Shown here: positions 9,652 to 21,100 of the stretch, one piece after another | Layout of the letters: each line of letters starts with the position of its first letter | Position numbering within the stretch: the first letter of the stretch is position 1 | Assembly (NCBI GenBank): GCA_002811645.1 | Contig: PDIP01000046.1 | Span: 1-64,000 of the forward strand | Direction of reading: 5' to 3' | Origin: Corallochytrium limacisporum Hawaii | Lineage: Eukaryota; Protista; Pluriformea | DNA: 64,000 nucleotides | Notes under the pieces: model-generated | What the model saw: only the letters and a program-made list of their open reading frames with translations | Told to the model about the DNA's origin: nothing | Database searches by the model: none | Position numbers and translations under genes: made by a program

Positions 9652-11241
9652 ATGCGTGTAAGACATTTTCGTCTGTTCACACGCAGAGGCCGCGTCCTCT
9701 TTAGAAATGCAGTCGTAATCACTACCGTGGGCACAGCTGGTCTGGCTGCCTACAGTGAAACATTTAGAGAAGAACTGGGCGGAGTAGCCCAAGGATCCAT
9801 CCGGTCAGTGCACACTGCCGGTGTCATTAGCTATCTTGCGGCGCGGTATAAACTAAAGCTCCATGGGCTTTCGCGGGAGTCCGACGAGTACTTGTCCACA
9901 CTGAAGGAGTGTCACTTGTACTCGGCAAGGAAACTTGTGGATCTGGCCTCTTATCACAAGGGCATCTATGTGAAAGCGGGTCAACATGCAGCGTCCATGA
10001 ATACGGCCCTCCCCAAAGAGTTCACCCAGGTGCTTAGCGTATTGCAGGACCAGACTGACCCCATTCCATTCAAACAGGTACAGAAGGCATTTCGGAGGGA
10101 ATTCAAGGCGCCTCTGGAGGATTTCTTCATTGAGTTTGCAGAGAAACCTCTGGCTGCTGCCAGTCTTGCCCAGGTACACAAGGCCACCACACGAGATGGT
10201 CGTGAGGTTGCCGTAAAAGTGCAATATCCTTTCCTCGATCGGCTTTTTGGGAGCGACATGCGTACTATGCGCCTTGCAGCAACATTTGTTGAAATGGCGT
10301 TTCCGGGAATAGACCTACAGTGGCTGGTCGACGAATTGGAGGAAAATCTCGAGCAAGAGCTTGATTTCCGGCACGAAGGTGGCAATGCAGAGCGTGTTGC
10401 TCGTCTGTTTGCCAACAATATTGAAGTGGCAGTTCCTCGGATATACTGGGACCTGACTGGCAAGCGGATCCTAACGATGGAGTTTATTCATGCAGTAAAA
10501 ATCACAGATATTGAGGGAATTCTCGGTCTACAGACACGGACCCAGAACATTGCCCGAATCCTGGCCGAGGTCTTCGCGGAGATGATCTACTGTCATGGGT
10601 TCATGCATTCGGACCCCCATCCGGGCAATCTTCTGGTTCGCCGCCATCCAGAATTCGGAAATCCGCAGTTGGTGCTGCTTGATCATGGTCTCTACCGTGA
10701 ACTGGAGGAGAGCTTTCGGTATCATTACTGCCGGCTTTGGAAAGCGCTGATGACCATGGATGAAGACCTGCTCAAGGAATCTGCCACGCACCTGGGTGCG
10801 GGAGAGTACTATGACCTCTTCCCTTTGCTCCTGACATACAGACGCTGGGGTACCAAGGCGACGTTCGGGCAGAGCACTACGCAAGGCGACAAGCAAAAGA
10901 TCCGGTCGCGGTTCAAAAACATTCAGTTTAGCGATGTGCTGGAATTCCTAGAGACCTTGCCCAGGGATATGTTACTGGTGTTTAGGACCACTAATTTAAT
11001 TCGCAGTATCAACAAGGACTTGGGAATGCCCACCATCGATCGGTTCATCGTGTTCGCGAAGATGAGCGTCAAGGGCACCTACGGATACCGAAGGCGTGAC
11101 GAACCAATCCGTACCCGGAGAGAACGGCTGCGCCTGCTTTGGGAAATGATCAAGATTGATTTCCGCTTCATGGTAACAAAGATCTTGTTATACATCTATG
11201 TCTGGACCAATCCGAAGGCAACGATTCAAATGGCCGGGTAG
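9652..11241 (+). CDS. ABC1/UbiB atypical kinase, ADCK1/ADCK5-like, probably mitochondrial
   Basis: YVKAGQ, AAASLAQVH, VAVKVQYP, HSDPHPGN and LLDHGL motifs; Arg-rich N-terminus. Confidence 0.93.
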   Translation: MRVRHFRLFTRRGRVLFRNAVVITTVGTAGLAAYSETFREELGGVAQGSIRSVHTAGVISYLAARYKLKLHGLSRESDEYLSTLKECHLYSARKLVDLASYHKGIYVKAGQHAASMNTALPKEFTQVLSVLQDQTDPIPFKQVQKAFRREFKAPLEDFFIEFAEKPLAAASLAQVHKATTRDGREVAVKVQYPFLDRLFGSDMRTMRLAATFVEMAFPGIDLQWLVDELEENLEQELDFRHEGGNAERVARLFANNIEVAVPRIYWDLTGKRILTMEFIHAVKITDIEGILGLQTRTQNIARILAEVFAEMIYCHGFMHSDPHPGNLLVRRHPEFGNPQLVLLDHGLYRELEESFRYHYCRLWKALMTMDEDLLKESATHLGAGEYYDLFPLLLTYRRWGTKATFGQSTTQGDKQKIRSRFKNIQFSDVLEFLETLPRDMLLVFRTTNLIRSINKDLGMPTIDRFIVFAKMSVKGTYGYRRRDEPIRTRRERLRLLWEMIKIDFRFMVTKILLYIYVWTNPKATIQMAG

Positions 11242-11386
11242 AAACGCCCAAAAACAAAGTCACGTGTTAAGTCTTGGAAATTAGGTACTCGATATATATT
11301 CTTTAAGATGGTTATTTTTTGTTTTCCGGCCACAAACGACTAACTTGTTGTACAATGGTCGTTACGCATTACATTTTTAAAAGCAT

Positions 11387-11755
11387 TTAGTAGTCAGTCA
11401 TCCCTCCTCCCTGGGCACGAACGCGTTCTACTTCCTCCTGGAACAAACGATTAATGTTGCTCAGATCTTTCCGAAGCGAGTTGACCGACTGTTGAACAAC
11501 AGTTTCGGGCTCCTGTTCACCAGTGGTCTGTACCCGCAACACAAAACGGTGTTCCAAGGGATGAGGCATACGATAGCCGGCAAACTTGACGCTAGGTTGT
11601 TCCATAAGCTTGCCCTTCAGAATATTTCCCAGAGTGTGATCTTCTTTCTGTACATTGAAGACCATGGCGTGCGGCACTTTCTGGTCGCGCTCAATTTCTA
11701 CCTTCTTCTCGTCATCCGCAAGGATGAGATCTTCATGGCCTTCAGGGGCGTTCAT
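11387..11755 (-). CDS. POLR2J: RNA polymerase II subunit RPB11
   Basis: MNAP start, KEDHTLGN and FAGYRMPHPLEH motifs. Confidence 0.96.
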   Translation of the reverse strand: MNAPEGHEDLILADDEKKVEIERDQKVPHAMVFNVQKEDHTLGNILKGKLMEQPSVKFAGYRMPHPLEHRFVLRVQTTGEQEPETVVQQSVNSLRKDLSNINRLFQEEVERVRAQGGGMTDY

Positions 11756-12611
11756 TTTAAAAAATATATGAAATGCACTGGTTGACGCCTTGAGTTTTCA
11801 GCAAATCTGCTGCCCTATTCCGAGATTGACAAGTGGCACGGTCTTCTCGCTCCTAAATACTCTGAGCGGTACGAATATTGACTCATCAGGTCGAACGTAA
11901 TAGATCTGCTCTATGATTAAATTAAGCACGAAATTCTGCTTCTGTTTGTACCTTTATATCGATGATTTGTTTTTAGGTACTGACACAAACATCGTGTCCA
12001 GAAAGCATGTCGCGACAGTCATTCTCTGGTTTCTTTACTTTGTTGGCCTCCCGCTGCTGTTTCTTCCCTACAAACCGATGACCGACCGCACGTGTACATT
12101 AATGAATGTGTTGAACCGAAAACTTGAATCCATACTGAAATAACGGGGCCAGCGGGGGGGTTGCCATTTTCATAGTTTCCAACAGGGGCTAGAGCCGCTC
12201 CGCTTCGGGCCCCTATCGGCGTTTAAACCTTCTCCTCCCCATCGGGTGTTGGGCCGATCAGGGGCCTAAGTTTCGTGTATGGGCGCCAAACCTAACCCGT
12301 GAGAAATTAACCCGGGCCTGGTGGACTTTGACGGGCTCCCACTGAAGATTCAACCCGAGGTGGTGAAGGAGGCGGAGCAAAGGGATTCCGCTGGAATAGC
12401 AACGACATCACACAGATAGTACCAGACGAATAAAACTTTTACGACAAGACAATCGTCACCCAGGGCGCTCTTTGAGCATGGCCACCCGCAGCGGTGCATT
12501 TCTCCGACGTGGATGTGTATGAGGGTGTGTATATAAAGACGAAGTATGTAGACATGACATGTCCAACGCGTTGGCACTGCCTCCGCCGGACCGTCTTCCT
12601 GTCGATGTCGA

Positions 12612-15167
12612 TTAGTAGAACGGTCCGCTGTCGCCACCAAATTTGGTACCGCCGGCAGCTGCGGCAGCAAAAGGTGCGCGGTTTGCCTGGGTCGGCGCTG
12701 CAGCCAGAGCGGCCGGATCCGTAGCACCCGTTCCGGGTCCGCTTGCAGTTGCCGCTGCCGCTGCCGCCGCACTATTCACAGCGTCGCTGCTTTTGCGTGC
12801 GTATTCGACCCGAATGCCAGACCGTGGATCGTTTGGCTGCAAGAGGTAGCCCTGCAGTGTATGATAAGCTGATGTGGCCGTATCCACAGTCTCAAAGGCA
12901 GCAAAAGCAAACGTGCTACCGGCCCGATTCATGATCTGCAGCCGGCGGAACCCGGGACATTTGTTCAGAACGTTTCGCAGTTCCTCGTCTCGCTGTTTCT
13001 GGCCCGGATTGCTGGCGGAGCCAATGTTCCCGATGAACAGTGTGTTGCACGCAGGAACCCCAGATGCTCCTCCTTGCTGCTGAGGAGCCGTTCCGGCGTA
13101 GGACTGCACCATTGCCGACGACGGCGGTGCCGCGGAGTACGACGCGCGATTGCTGCGTGGTCCAGAACCGCCGCTTCCGTTGCTGCCCCGCGGCTGCTGC
13201 CATGCATTTTGCGGGGGTGGTCGCGACGCCAGGGCAGCCGAATACCGACCGTTGTCATTGCCAGCGTTGCCGCCACTATTGGCGCCAAAGAAACTGCCGG
13301 GCGAATGGTCGTGTTCGTCAGTCCTTTCCAATCCCATCATGTGCTGGGTCGGATCTGTAGATGACACAGCTGCAGCTGCGGTGGCGGCTGCCCCACTAAC
13401 ACCGTTGTTGTCCTTATTGGCAGAGCTACCGGCCGTGGTCCCCGCTGCAGCTGTTGCCCACGTTGACGGCTTGTTGTCTGTCGCATCCGTCACTGTGGTT
13501 GCTGCTGGATCCACTGTGTGCTCACCGTTGCCGTCTCCAAGATCGCCGTCGCTGGTGTGTCGACTACGGGCGGGAGCGCTGCTCCCAGCACCCAGCCCCT
13601 GCAGGGACTGCAGCACTGTGGGTGCTGTGTTGCCGTCGCTGGATTCGGACATGGGCCGACCAATGGCGGACAAGCGTCCTTGGCGATCGTTACCACCGCT
13701 GTCGGGGCCTGTGCCGTCACCTGTAGCGTCTGATGCGCTAGCATCGACGACATCGTCCGCGATTACCTCATCGGCTACTGGCTGCTGCTGCTGCTGTTGC
13801 TGCTGCGACTGCTGCGATTGTGTCTGTGGCTGCTGTTGTTGTTGCTGCGTCGCTGACAGTTGTTGCTGTTGGTGTTGTGGAGGGTACTGCTGTGATCCGT
13901 TCGCCATGTAATATCCCCCTGGGTGTCCCGCAAAATGGTGCGGGTGCCGCATGGATCCGCCGGATCCACCCATCGGCGGGGGTGGATGGCCGTGCGAAGG
14001 AGGTGGGGGCGGATGCCCGGGATAGTGACCCTGGGCCGCCGGATGGCTACCGTGCGGCGGTGGCGGTGGTGGGACCATCTGCGAAGGGTGCGCAGGGTGG
14101 CCAGGATGGTGGTGCCCGTGGTGCAGTGGCCCTCCCTGTGCTGGATGACCGCTCCCGTCGTTGGCACCGCCAGCTGTGGGTCTAAGTCCACTAGCAGAAT
14201 GCATGTTGTGTACCTGCTGCTGCAGCTGTGCCGGTGGTTGAGGTGACTGCTGTTGCTGTAGTCCTCGTGGTTGTTGGTGTTGGTGGTGTTGCTGCTGCTG
14301 CTGCGGCGGTGGCTGCTGCTGCTGCTGTTGCTGGTGATGGAGCTGTGTGTGCTGCTGATGCGCCGCGGCAGCGGCAGCGGCAGCGGCAGCAGCGGGATGA
14401 CCATGCGGCGGGGGAGGCGGCCCATGGCCGGGGTGATGGTGGCCGTGGTGGCCTGGGTGGTGGTGCGCTCCCGGATGATGGCCGTGGGGTGGCGGCAGGC
14501 CCATGGCCGCGGCCACCGCTGCGGCCTGCGCCTGCGGTGGGGGCGGTGGCATGCCGCCGCCGCCGCCCAACACTGTCCCACCGGCGGGAGTGCTTGTTGG
14601 ACCAGCAGCAGTTACACCTACCCCGCTGGCCGTGGGCGTCAAACCGTAGCGCCGGGTCTTGGTGTTGCTCTTTGCAAAATCAAGGCGCAGGGTCTGGTGC
14701 AGTTCTGGATCAAAGCGGACCCCTTGCAACGATTTCATTGCGTATTCTGCCTTGTTGCGACTACTGAATGCAGCAAATGCAACCGGTGTCTTGTTTGTCG
14801 TGCGCAGCGTGGCACCCTCGAAACCGTGGAAGGTGCGAAAGAGCAAGTACAACTCACGCTCTCTGACGTTAATGGGTAGGCCACTGACAAAGAGGGTCCG
14901 CACTTCTTCATTTTCGGGGGCCCCAGAAGTGCTCTGTGGAGACGAGCCCAAGCCTACACTGCTGCCGGCGCCGCTGCCGTCCACGGCCGTTCCCGAACCA
15001 TCTAAGTCGTCGGTGGCTTTGGGCTGTTCTGCAGTGTCGCTCGCATTGGAAGGCAAGGGCTCTGTCGGATTTGTTAGTTCTGTGTCGGCAATGCCCTCTG
15101 TGGCTGCCTTCAGTTGTGTTTGTATGGGGTTCTGATCGGGCTGTGTTGTCATGTTGGGCTCGGGCAT
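12612..15167 (-). CDS. Two-RRM RNA-binding protein of the RBPMS/couch potato/MEC-8 (Whi3/Scw1-related) family, with a long Q/H/P-rich linker
   Basis: RRM1 VRTLFVSGLP...RELYLLFR...GVRFDP...TLRLDFAKSNTK is the RBPMS/cpo signature. RRM2 is PACNTLFIGNI...IRVEYAR. PolyQ, polyA and His-Pro tracts lie between them. Confidence 0.9.
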   Translation of the reverse strand: MPEPNMTTQPDQNPIQTQLKAATEGIADTELTNPTEPLPSNASDTAEQPKATDDLDGSGTAVDGSGAGSSVGLGSSPQSTSGAPENEEVRTLFVSGLPINVRERELYLLFRTFHGFEGATLRTTNKTPVAFAAFSSRNKAEYAMKSLQGVRFDPELHQTLRLDFAKSNTKTRRYGLTPTASGVGVTAAGPTSTPAGGTVLGGGGGMPPPPPQAQAAAVAAAMGLPPPHGHHPGAHHHPGHHGHHHPGHGPPPPPHGHPAAAAAAAAAAAHQQHTQLHHQQQQQQQPPPQQQQQHHQHQQPRGLQQQQSPQPPAQLQQQVHNMHSASGLRPTAGGANDGSGHPAQGGPLHHGHHHPGHPAHPSQMVPPPPPPHGSHPAAQGHYPGHPPPPPSHGHPPPPMGGSGGSMRHPHHFAGHPGGYYMANGSQQYPPQHQQQQLSATQQQQQQPQTQSQQSQQQQQQQQPVADEVIADDVVDASASDATGDGTGPDSGGNDRQGRLSAIGRPMSESSDGNTAPTVLQSLQGLGAGSSAPARSRHTSDGDLGDGNGEHTVDPAATTVTDATDNKPSTWATAAAGTTAGSSANKDNNGVSGAAATAAAAVSSTDPTQHMMGLERTDEHDHSPGSFFGANSGGNAGNDNGRYSAALASRPPPQNAWQQPRGSNGSGGSGPRSNRASYSAAPPSSAMVQSYAGTAPQQQGGASGVPACNTLFIGNIGSASNPGQKQRDEELRNVLNKCPGFRRLQIMNRAGSTFAFAAFETVDTATSAYHTLQGYLLQPNDPRSGIRVEYARKSSDAVNSAAAAAAATASGPGTGATDPAALAAAPTQANRAPFAAAAAGGTKFGGDSGPFY

Positions 15168-15906
15168 GCTTCAGCGCGCCGCGGACGTGCTGAGGGACGT
15201 GGTTCCTGCTTTAAGTGTGCGTTTTTCTGCGGCTACTTGCGGTGGCGGGGTTGATTGCTCAGGTGTACCAAGTACAGAGAGTTCTCTTGCTCTCTCGTTG
15301 TTCCTTTGGGCACGCCTGTGGGGTATGTTGCCGCTGTCTGTGTGATGCTGGAAGAACCTAATGTCGATATGGAACTATGCTATGATATGCTAAAACGGGT
15401 TTCCCGGACCCACGTTACATTCTGGGATCTACAGTGTAGTACGAACAGTACTGTGTAACCGGTCGGTCTCTATCTTTTCATTCGCGGTGGTTGGCCCGTG
15501 GCCTTTGATCTATCCTGGTGCGTATTCGAGGAGACTAGACATTTTGCCCCTTCAGGAGGTCTCGGTGACTTTCACGGCTGAAATAACCCCACAGTCTCAT
15601 TCATTATCAGGCGCAGATCCGGGAAGGTGACAACACGTCAGGGGCGAGAAAGTGATTTGACAACAAACAAATGACATCCCCGTACTTGTCATCACAGGCC
15701 ATCCATCCTCCCAAGACACGCTCCTGCACATCTCCCACCCCAGTGTTTCGTGCAAACCTCTACTCTCCACCGGCCCAGCGGAAACGAAACCGTTCCAACC
15801 CATAACCCCCCCTCCCCCAAGCCCCACCGGGCATTGTTGCGCAATCGTAAAATCTCAATGTTTTCCCTTCCGTCCTTGACCCAATCTCTCTCGGTCTCTG
15901 TGGCTC

Positions 15907-15924
15907 TGTGTGTGTGTGTGTGTG

Positions 15925-15984
<60 letters not shown>
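15907..15984. repeat. Compound microsatellite (TG)9-CC-(TC)29
   Basis: Read directly from the sequence. Confidence 0.95.
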
Positions 15985-15986
<2 letters not shown>

Positions 15987-17298
15987 CTTGTTTCTTTCCC
16001 TTGCTCACCAACCCAACACCTACCAACTGGCTTAAGCAAAGGAAGGAGACACACAGGGTAAGTGAGACGAGAGAGTGTGTACTGAGGATGAGGGGGGCAG
16101 GGAGGGAGGGAGGGAAGGGGGCTAGGGTTGCGGAGAACGACACACACAAAAAAATATGAAAAAGAAATGAAACTGAACCAAAGAGCAAGAGAGAGAGAGA
16201 GGGATGGGGTCCCGCATCAATCAAGCGATCATAGGCAGCGAAAAGGAAAAATACAAACTAGAAATTAACTGTTGTCCCTTCCCCCATCCTTGAGAGGTGA
16301 AACTAAAATAAAAGAAGTTAAAGGACGAGAAAGGCAGATGAATAAAAAAGGGAAAATAACAATGAAAATTGCAAAAGGTTCAGTCGAAAACCTCTCACTC
16401 TATCTCTCGGTGCCAGTTTGCTGCTGCACCGATTCCAGCGCAGCCAGAAGGGCGATTAGCACTGGCCACATAAAAAATGGAGAAACATACGCACCACAAG
16501 AATAAAAAGGGAGGGGGAGAAGAGGGTAAAGGGGAGAGAGGAGTTAGAGAGGGTTGGTAGTTGCCGGTGATGATGATATCTTACGTCCGGACCCCAACCC
16601 TCCGGGAGGGGGGGGGGGAGAAACCAAGCGAAAACATTTTCTACCCCAACCCCGAAACAAAGAAAGAATTGTCACTCACTCACTCACACCCGCTTGGTGC
16701 TTGGCCTGTCCTCCTTTCCTTTTTGTTGTTGAAGTTTTTTCTACGGCCAACGCAGCGAGTAGCAAACCATTCTGTCCACTGCCACTTTGACACACGAACA
16801 CACGCACGCACGTTACACACGCACGTTCCCCGGAGAGTGGACGGCAGCGGGACCTGGCAATGGAGTGCGAGGGCGATTGGAGGAGGGTTTTGGAAAGAAA
16901 AGATGAAAACAGAACGAAAGAGTAAAACAAAAAAGAGAAAACAACACAACACCAACAGAAACCACGGCAGTAACTATGAGGACGTCAGCGTTAGGAACCG
17001 AGAATTACAAAATTGGGGGAAAGGCAGGCGGGGTTACGAAATGAAGAGAGAAAAAGAGAGAGCGGGGTAAGAGGGGGTTAACCCACCACTTCACTCGCAC
17101 AGACCAACCGCAGCAGACCTTTCTTTTGTTGGGGGAGAAGGGAGGCGCGGGGAAAGGGCCGGCCGAGGTTATCAAGGGAGGTAGTCGCAGTTTACCCCGC
17201 GTTGTTGGGTCTCATTTCCCTTGGCTGCGTAAGTTCGGTGGAGCCTTGATTCTATGAATAAAAAGAAAATATGGGACCCCGTTGTTGTCTCCTCCCCT

Positions 17299-17321
17299 CC
17301 CCCCCCCCCCGGGGGGGGGGG
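17299..17321. repeat. C12-G11 palindromic tract between the divergent RRM and CAMTA genes
   Basis: A run of 12 C is directly followed by 11 G. Confidence 0.9.
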
Positions 17322-17846
17322 TTAGTCAATGTTTTCTCTTTTTTTCCTGGCTAGTTTGATACTCTGTCCACCACGGGCCCTCCCTCCCTCCCTCCATGTC
17401 TGCCCTTTCCCCCGGGAAGGGACCCTCCGCCAGGAGAGGATACGCTTGAATTGCCTCTGCCACCGTCTTCGAGAGCAAGGGGTCGTTCCTTTCCAAACGG
17501 CGGGCAGTGAGTACTGTCTGTGTCCTTGCTTTCCTTTGCTCTGTGTTTGGCTGTTTTTAATGCCTCCCCCCCCCCCCCTTTTTATCTTTTCTTAGGGTGA
17601 CCCAAGGCCTTGTATTCAGTACTTTCAATACCCAGCGGCTGCGGTGGCTTTATTTTTTCATTTTTCCTTCCGCCTAGCCTGTCTCAATCTTTCCTTAGTT
17701 GAGTTATTTAATCTAAATTCTCTTTTGCTTTCCCTTGTTTTCCTGTGTACAGTTTTCTCCTTTCATTTCTTTGTATCTCCTTCTTAGGGAATTGGTGTGT
17801 CTGTGTCCCACTCCTGAGAATGTGGAACCGGCGTGTGCCGCCCCCT

Positions 17847-17875
17847 GGGGGGGGGGGGGGGGGGGGGGGGGGGGG
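17847..17875. repeat. G29 homopolymer, followed by further G-run clusters (G-quadruplex potential) to about 18090
   Basis: Read directly from the sequence; preceded by ccccct. Confidence 0.9.
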
Positions 17876-18750
17876 AAGGTGTGGGGTGTGGGAGACTGCC
17901 CGACCATTGGAGATATATAGGGTAAGCACATTTGCAATAATTCTTGGGGAGGGCGCGGGGCAGTAGTGGAGGGAAGGTATGGGGGCGGGGGGTGGAGGGG
18001 GAGGACGAAGTGCCAGTTGGGTAGAGAGTGAGTGAGAGTGGACGGGTGGTGGTGTTGTTGGGGTTGGGGGAGGTGGGGGTGTTTTGGGGATGACATATCA
18101 ATTTTTGCATACCCTGTTCTCTCCATAATCCACAACGAGAGCGGTGCTTTGGGAAAGGGAACCCCAGCCAGAGGCCTCCACCAGCCCGACCCGGCTGTGC
18201 GCTTGCTTTGCTCAAAAGGGGGGTGGTTGGTTAGGCGTACGGTGGCTTCTCTCCTGGGGAGTGGGTTCAGGCAGCGAAACGGTCCAACACTCGCCCCCCC
18301 CACACCGGCTCCTGAGCGCAGCGGTATAGGCCGTGGTGCCCGTGTTGCTCGTACAATAAAACGGTGACGTTCTATTTCGTCAGTTTTGCTCAGAGGAATT
18401 GAAAAGGTGAGATTAAGATGAAATGAAAAATTTCGGGGCGTGCGTTACGTTTCCATGGCCAAGTGATCTGCTATGACTTTGCACAATTGACAAATCAGAC
18501 TTAAGCTATAAAGTATTGGTGCGGAAATGAAAAGAAAACTGGCCGATACTAGATATGGAAGGTTTTCATCTGGGTACCCCGTACCAGCCTGCCAAGAAAC
18601 CGGAATCCATTGTTACTTAACGCACTCAATGGGTATTGGCCGAAGAATTTCACGAAGAAACTCTCGAAATCCGTCAGTTTTGATCAAAGGAGGAGTAACA
18701 TACGGCCGAGTTTTGACCAAACTGCTTGAACATAAATAAGAACAATCACC

Positions 18751-20994
18751 ATGCCGAAGGAAAAGCAAGCGGGATCTGCCGCCAGAAACAAGGAAGCGCT
18801 CACTATGAGCATGCAAGCCATGCACATAGCCGAACCACAAAATTCGGGAAGGGCAAACTTATCCGCTTCGCAGGACCAACTGAGCAGTGAGTACTTGCGG
18901 ACAAAGAATGAGATCTTCGGGCGGCTAAAGATCTCTAACGGCGGTGAACCCCATGTATTTCCCAAGGTACTGAATCGTTGGTTAAGCAATGAGGATCTTT
19001 GCCTCTACCTAATTGTAGCACAGAGGCATCCTGAGTGGATGAGTGACACAGTGGCACACCAGCCCCCGAGCGGCACGGCTGTACTGTACGACCGGTCACA
19101 GGTAAAGTTTCGGAAAGATGGACATAATTGGAAGAAGAGGAAGGACTCTCGGAATGTTCGTGAGGATCACATGAAGTTAAAGGTGAACGGAATTGAATTC
19201 ATCTATGGTTCGTATGCACATCACGAAGAATGGCAGAATTTCCATCGGAGGTGTTACTGGCTCCTGCACGAGCCTAACATCGTGCTGGTCCATTACCTGA
19301 ATGAGCCTCAGCAGACAAAACCTGTTCGTGATGTGTACGAGTTGTATGCGGGGGCTTCGACGCCAACCATGGAGTCAATATTGTCGTCCGACAACCCACC
19401 TCCCATTCACATTAAGGGGCAAAATCATCGGGCGACAGATTTTGACATTCCCACACATGGAAGGGATCCATTAGCATCTGCATCACACAACTCGCACGAG
19501 GATATGAGCATTCCACCAGGGAACTTGCCAGCGCCGATCGACATGTTGCATCCATCTCCGGCCATAGAGCGTTTCTTTAGTTTCGATGCGTCTGGCGCTG
19601 CAGATTTCGGTCAATTGAACGCTGCCTCCCACGTGGAATCGCAGTCATCACACACCAGTCGGACAGAACAGTCACAGACATCAGATGATTTAAAGGATAT
19701 CACTCTGAATCCCTTAGATATCGAAGGAAGTCTTGCTGGCATTTTGTTGGACCCCCATGATCGAGCACAACAGTCTGAACAGGAACTCAATGTCCAAATG
19801 GAGGATATGCTCATGGAGACTTCCATCAGTGATGTTGGCACATTGAACTTCCTTTTCGACAAGCCACCTCAGGAAGTTCGGGAATCCAAGCTGACATATG
19901 CACCTAATTGGGCATTTAATGATGTTACACAAAAGGTCCTCGTCGTGGGCGACTTCGGTTTGCAAAAGGGTGAAGAGATTCGGGTCAGAGTGAATGATAT
20001 TGAGGTGCTTGGTGATGCTGTCAATGCAAGCACACTTCGTTTCTGGACTGTGCCCTTTAAGCATGGTGGCGACTACCTCTACACCTTCTACCGTCGCAAC
20101 GGACAGCATATTGCGCACGTGACAATGGAAATCCATGAACACGATTGGCTAGCCCGCACATGGTTATCAAAGCACCCCAAAGAGCATATGATGTGCCTCG
20201 GCGCACGTATTGCTGCAATCATGAAAAATATGGGCGTGTTCGGGAACCGCGGACTGCATTTGCGGGGAAAGGAGCCCATGTACACAATCGTACAGCAATT
20301 CTTTGATCTCTATGAGCGTATTCCGCACACCTGGAGTGACATGGTCTACGCCAAGCGGTTGCTGGAATTGAGCAAAATGAATTTTATCATGCTGTGCGCA
20401 GCTATTGGTGAGCCAGAAATCTTTAAGCTGGCAGTTGCTCTTGGCCAGCAGCTCCCGGACAACCCAGAGTGCCGTCAGGACTTTGATATGTTGCATAGAG
20501 ATGTTCACGGCTGCAACACGCTACATTGGGCCTTCGCGATCAATAATGCTGATATTTTGCAGATTATTGCCAACATTGTGGGAACGAATGCCCCGGTGGT
20601 TTTGAAGTCGAAGAACCGATTTGGACTAGAAGTGCAGCATTGCAACTTCAATGTTGCCAACACTGGTCGTGTGACTGCCATGCCTTCTTTCCCTGTGCAG
20701 CTGGAAGTCACCCTGACTGCCGCCAGTTCTTTCCTGGAGAACCAAAGGCGACCGATGGAGGAGGGTGAGCAGGGAGATCAGGTCATGGATGATCACCAAC
20801 GGGCTGCTGCCATTCGAGCTGCAGAATTCCTTGTACGCACTTTCAAAGGTACTGGTGGCCATAGCATTCGTAGAGGGTCAAAGCCTGAGAGTAGGCACAT
20901 ACGGACTGGTTCTCATGGCAGTCGCATACAGAGGCCCAATTCTCAGCGTGGAATGAAGCCAAAGCAACGCATGCGCCAAGCATCTGACTTTTAG
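18751..20994 (+). CDS. CAMTA: Calmodulin-binding transcription activator (CG-1, TIG-like and ankyrin domains, degenerate IQ)
   Basis: CG-1 signature FRKDGHNWKKRKD...VREDHMKLKV...YAH...FHRRCYWLL...IVLVHYL; TIG-like YAPNWAF...KVLVVG; ankyrin DVHGCNTLHWA. Confidence 0.93.
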   Translation: MPKEKQAGSAARNKEALTMSMQAMHIAEPQNSGRANLSASQDQLSSEYLRTKNEIFGRLKISNGGEPHVFPKVLNRWLSNEDLCLYLIVAQRHPEWMSDTVAHQPPSGTAVLYDRSQVKFRKDGHNWKKRKDSRNVREDHMKLKVNGIEFIYGSYAHHEEWQNFHRRCYWLLHEPNIVLVHYLNEPQQTKPVRDVYELYAGASTPTMESILSSDNPPPIHIKGQNHRATDFDIPTHGRDPLASASHNSHEDMSIPPGNLPAPIDMLHPSPAIERFFSFDASGAADFGQLNAASHVESQSSHTSRTEQSQTSDDLKDITLNPLDIEGSLAGILLDPHDRAQQSEQELNVQMEDMLMETSISDVGTLNFLFDKPPQEVRESKLTYAPNWAFNDVTQKVLVVGDFGLQKGEEIRVRVNDIEVLGDAVNASTLRFWTVPFKHGGDYLYTFYRRNGQHIAHVTMEIHEHDWLARTWLSKHPKEHMMCLGARIAAIMKNMGVFGNRGLHLRGKEPMYTIVQQFFDLYERIPHTWSDMVYAKRLLELSKMNFIMLCAAIGEPEIFKLAVALGQQLPDNPECRQDFDMLHRDVHGCNTLHWAFAINNADILQIIANIVGTNAPVVLKSKNRFGLEVQHCNFNVANTGRVTAMPSFPVQLEVTLTAASSFLENQRRPMEEGEQGDQVMDDHQRAAAIRAAEFLVRTFKGTGGHSIRRGSKPESRHIRTGSHGSRIQRPNSQRGMKPKQRMRQASDF

Positions 20995-21100
20995 GAGAAC
21001 CTGCAATTCAAACAACCGGTGATATTATAGGTGTTGAACACTACTTATATATTTCTTATGTTATGGTCACAAATACGGTGATGCCTTCTAGCATCCATCG

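Noticed and set aside
12350-18367. Many overlapping ORFs rich in C, A, R, ER or G repeats
   Set aside because: They are shadow frames of the CAG/GCC-rich RRM gene and translations of microsatellites and homopolymers.
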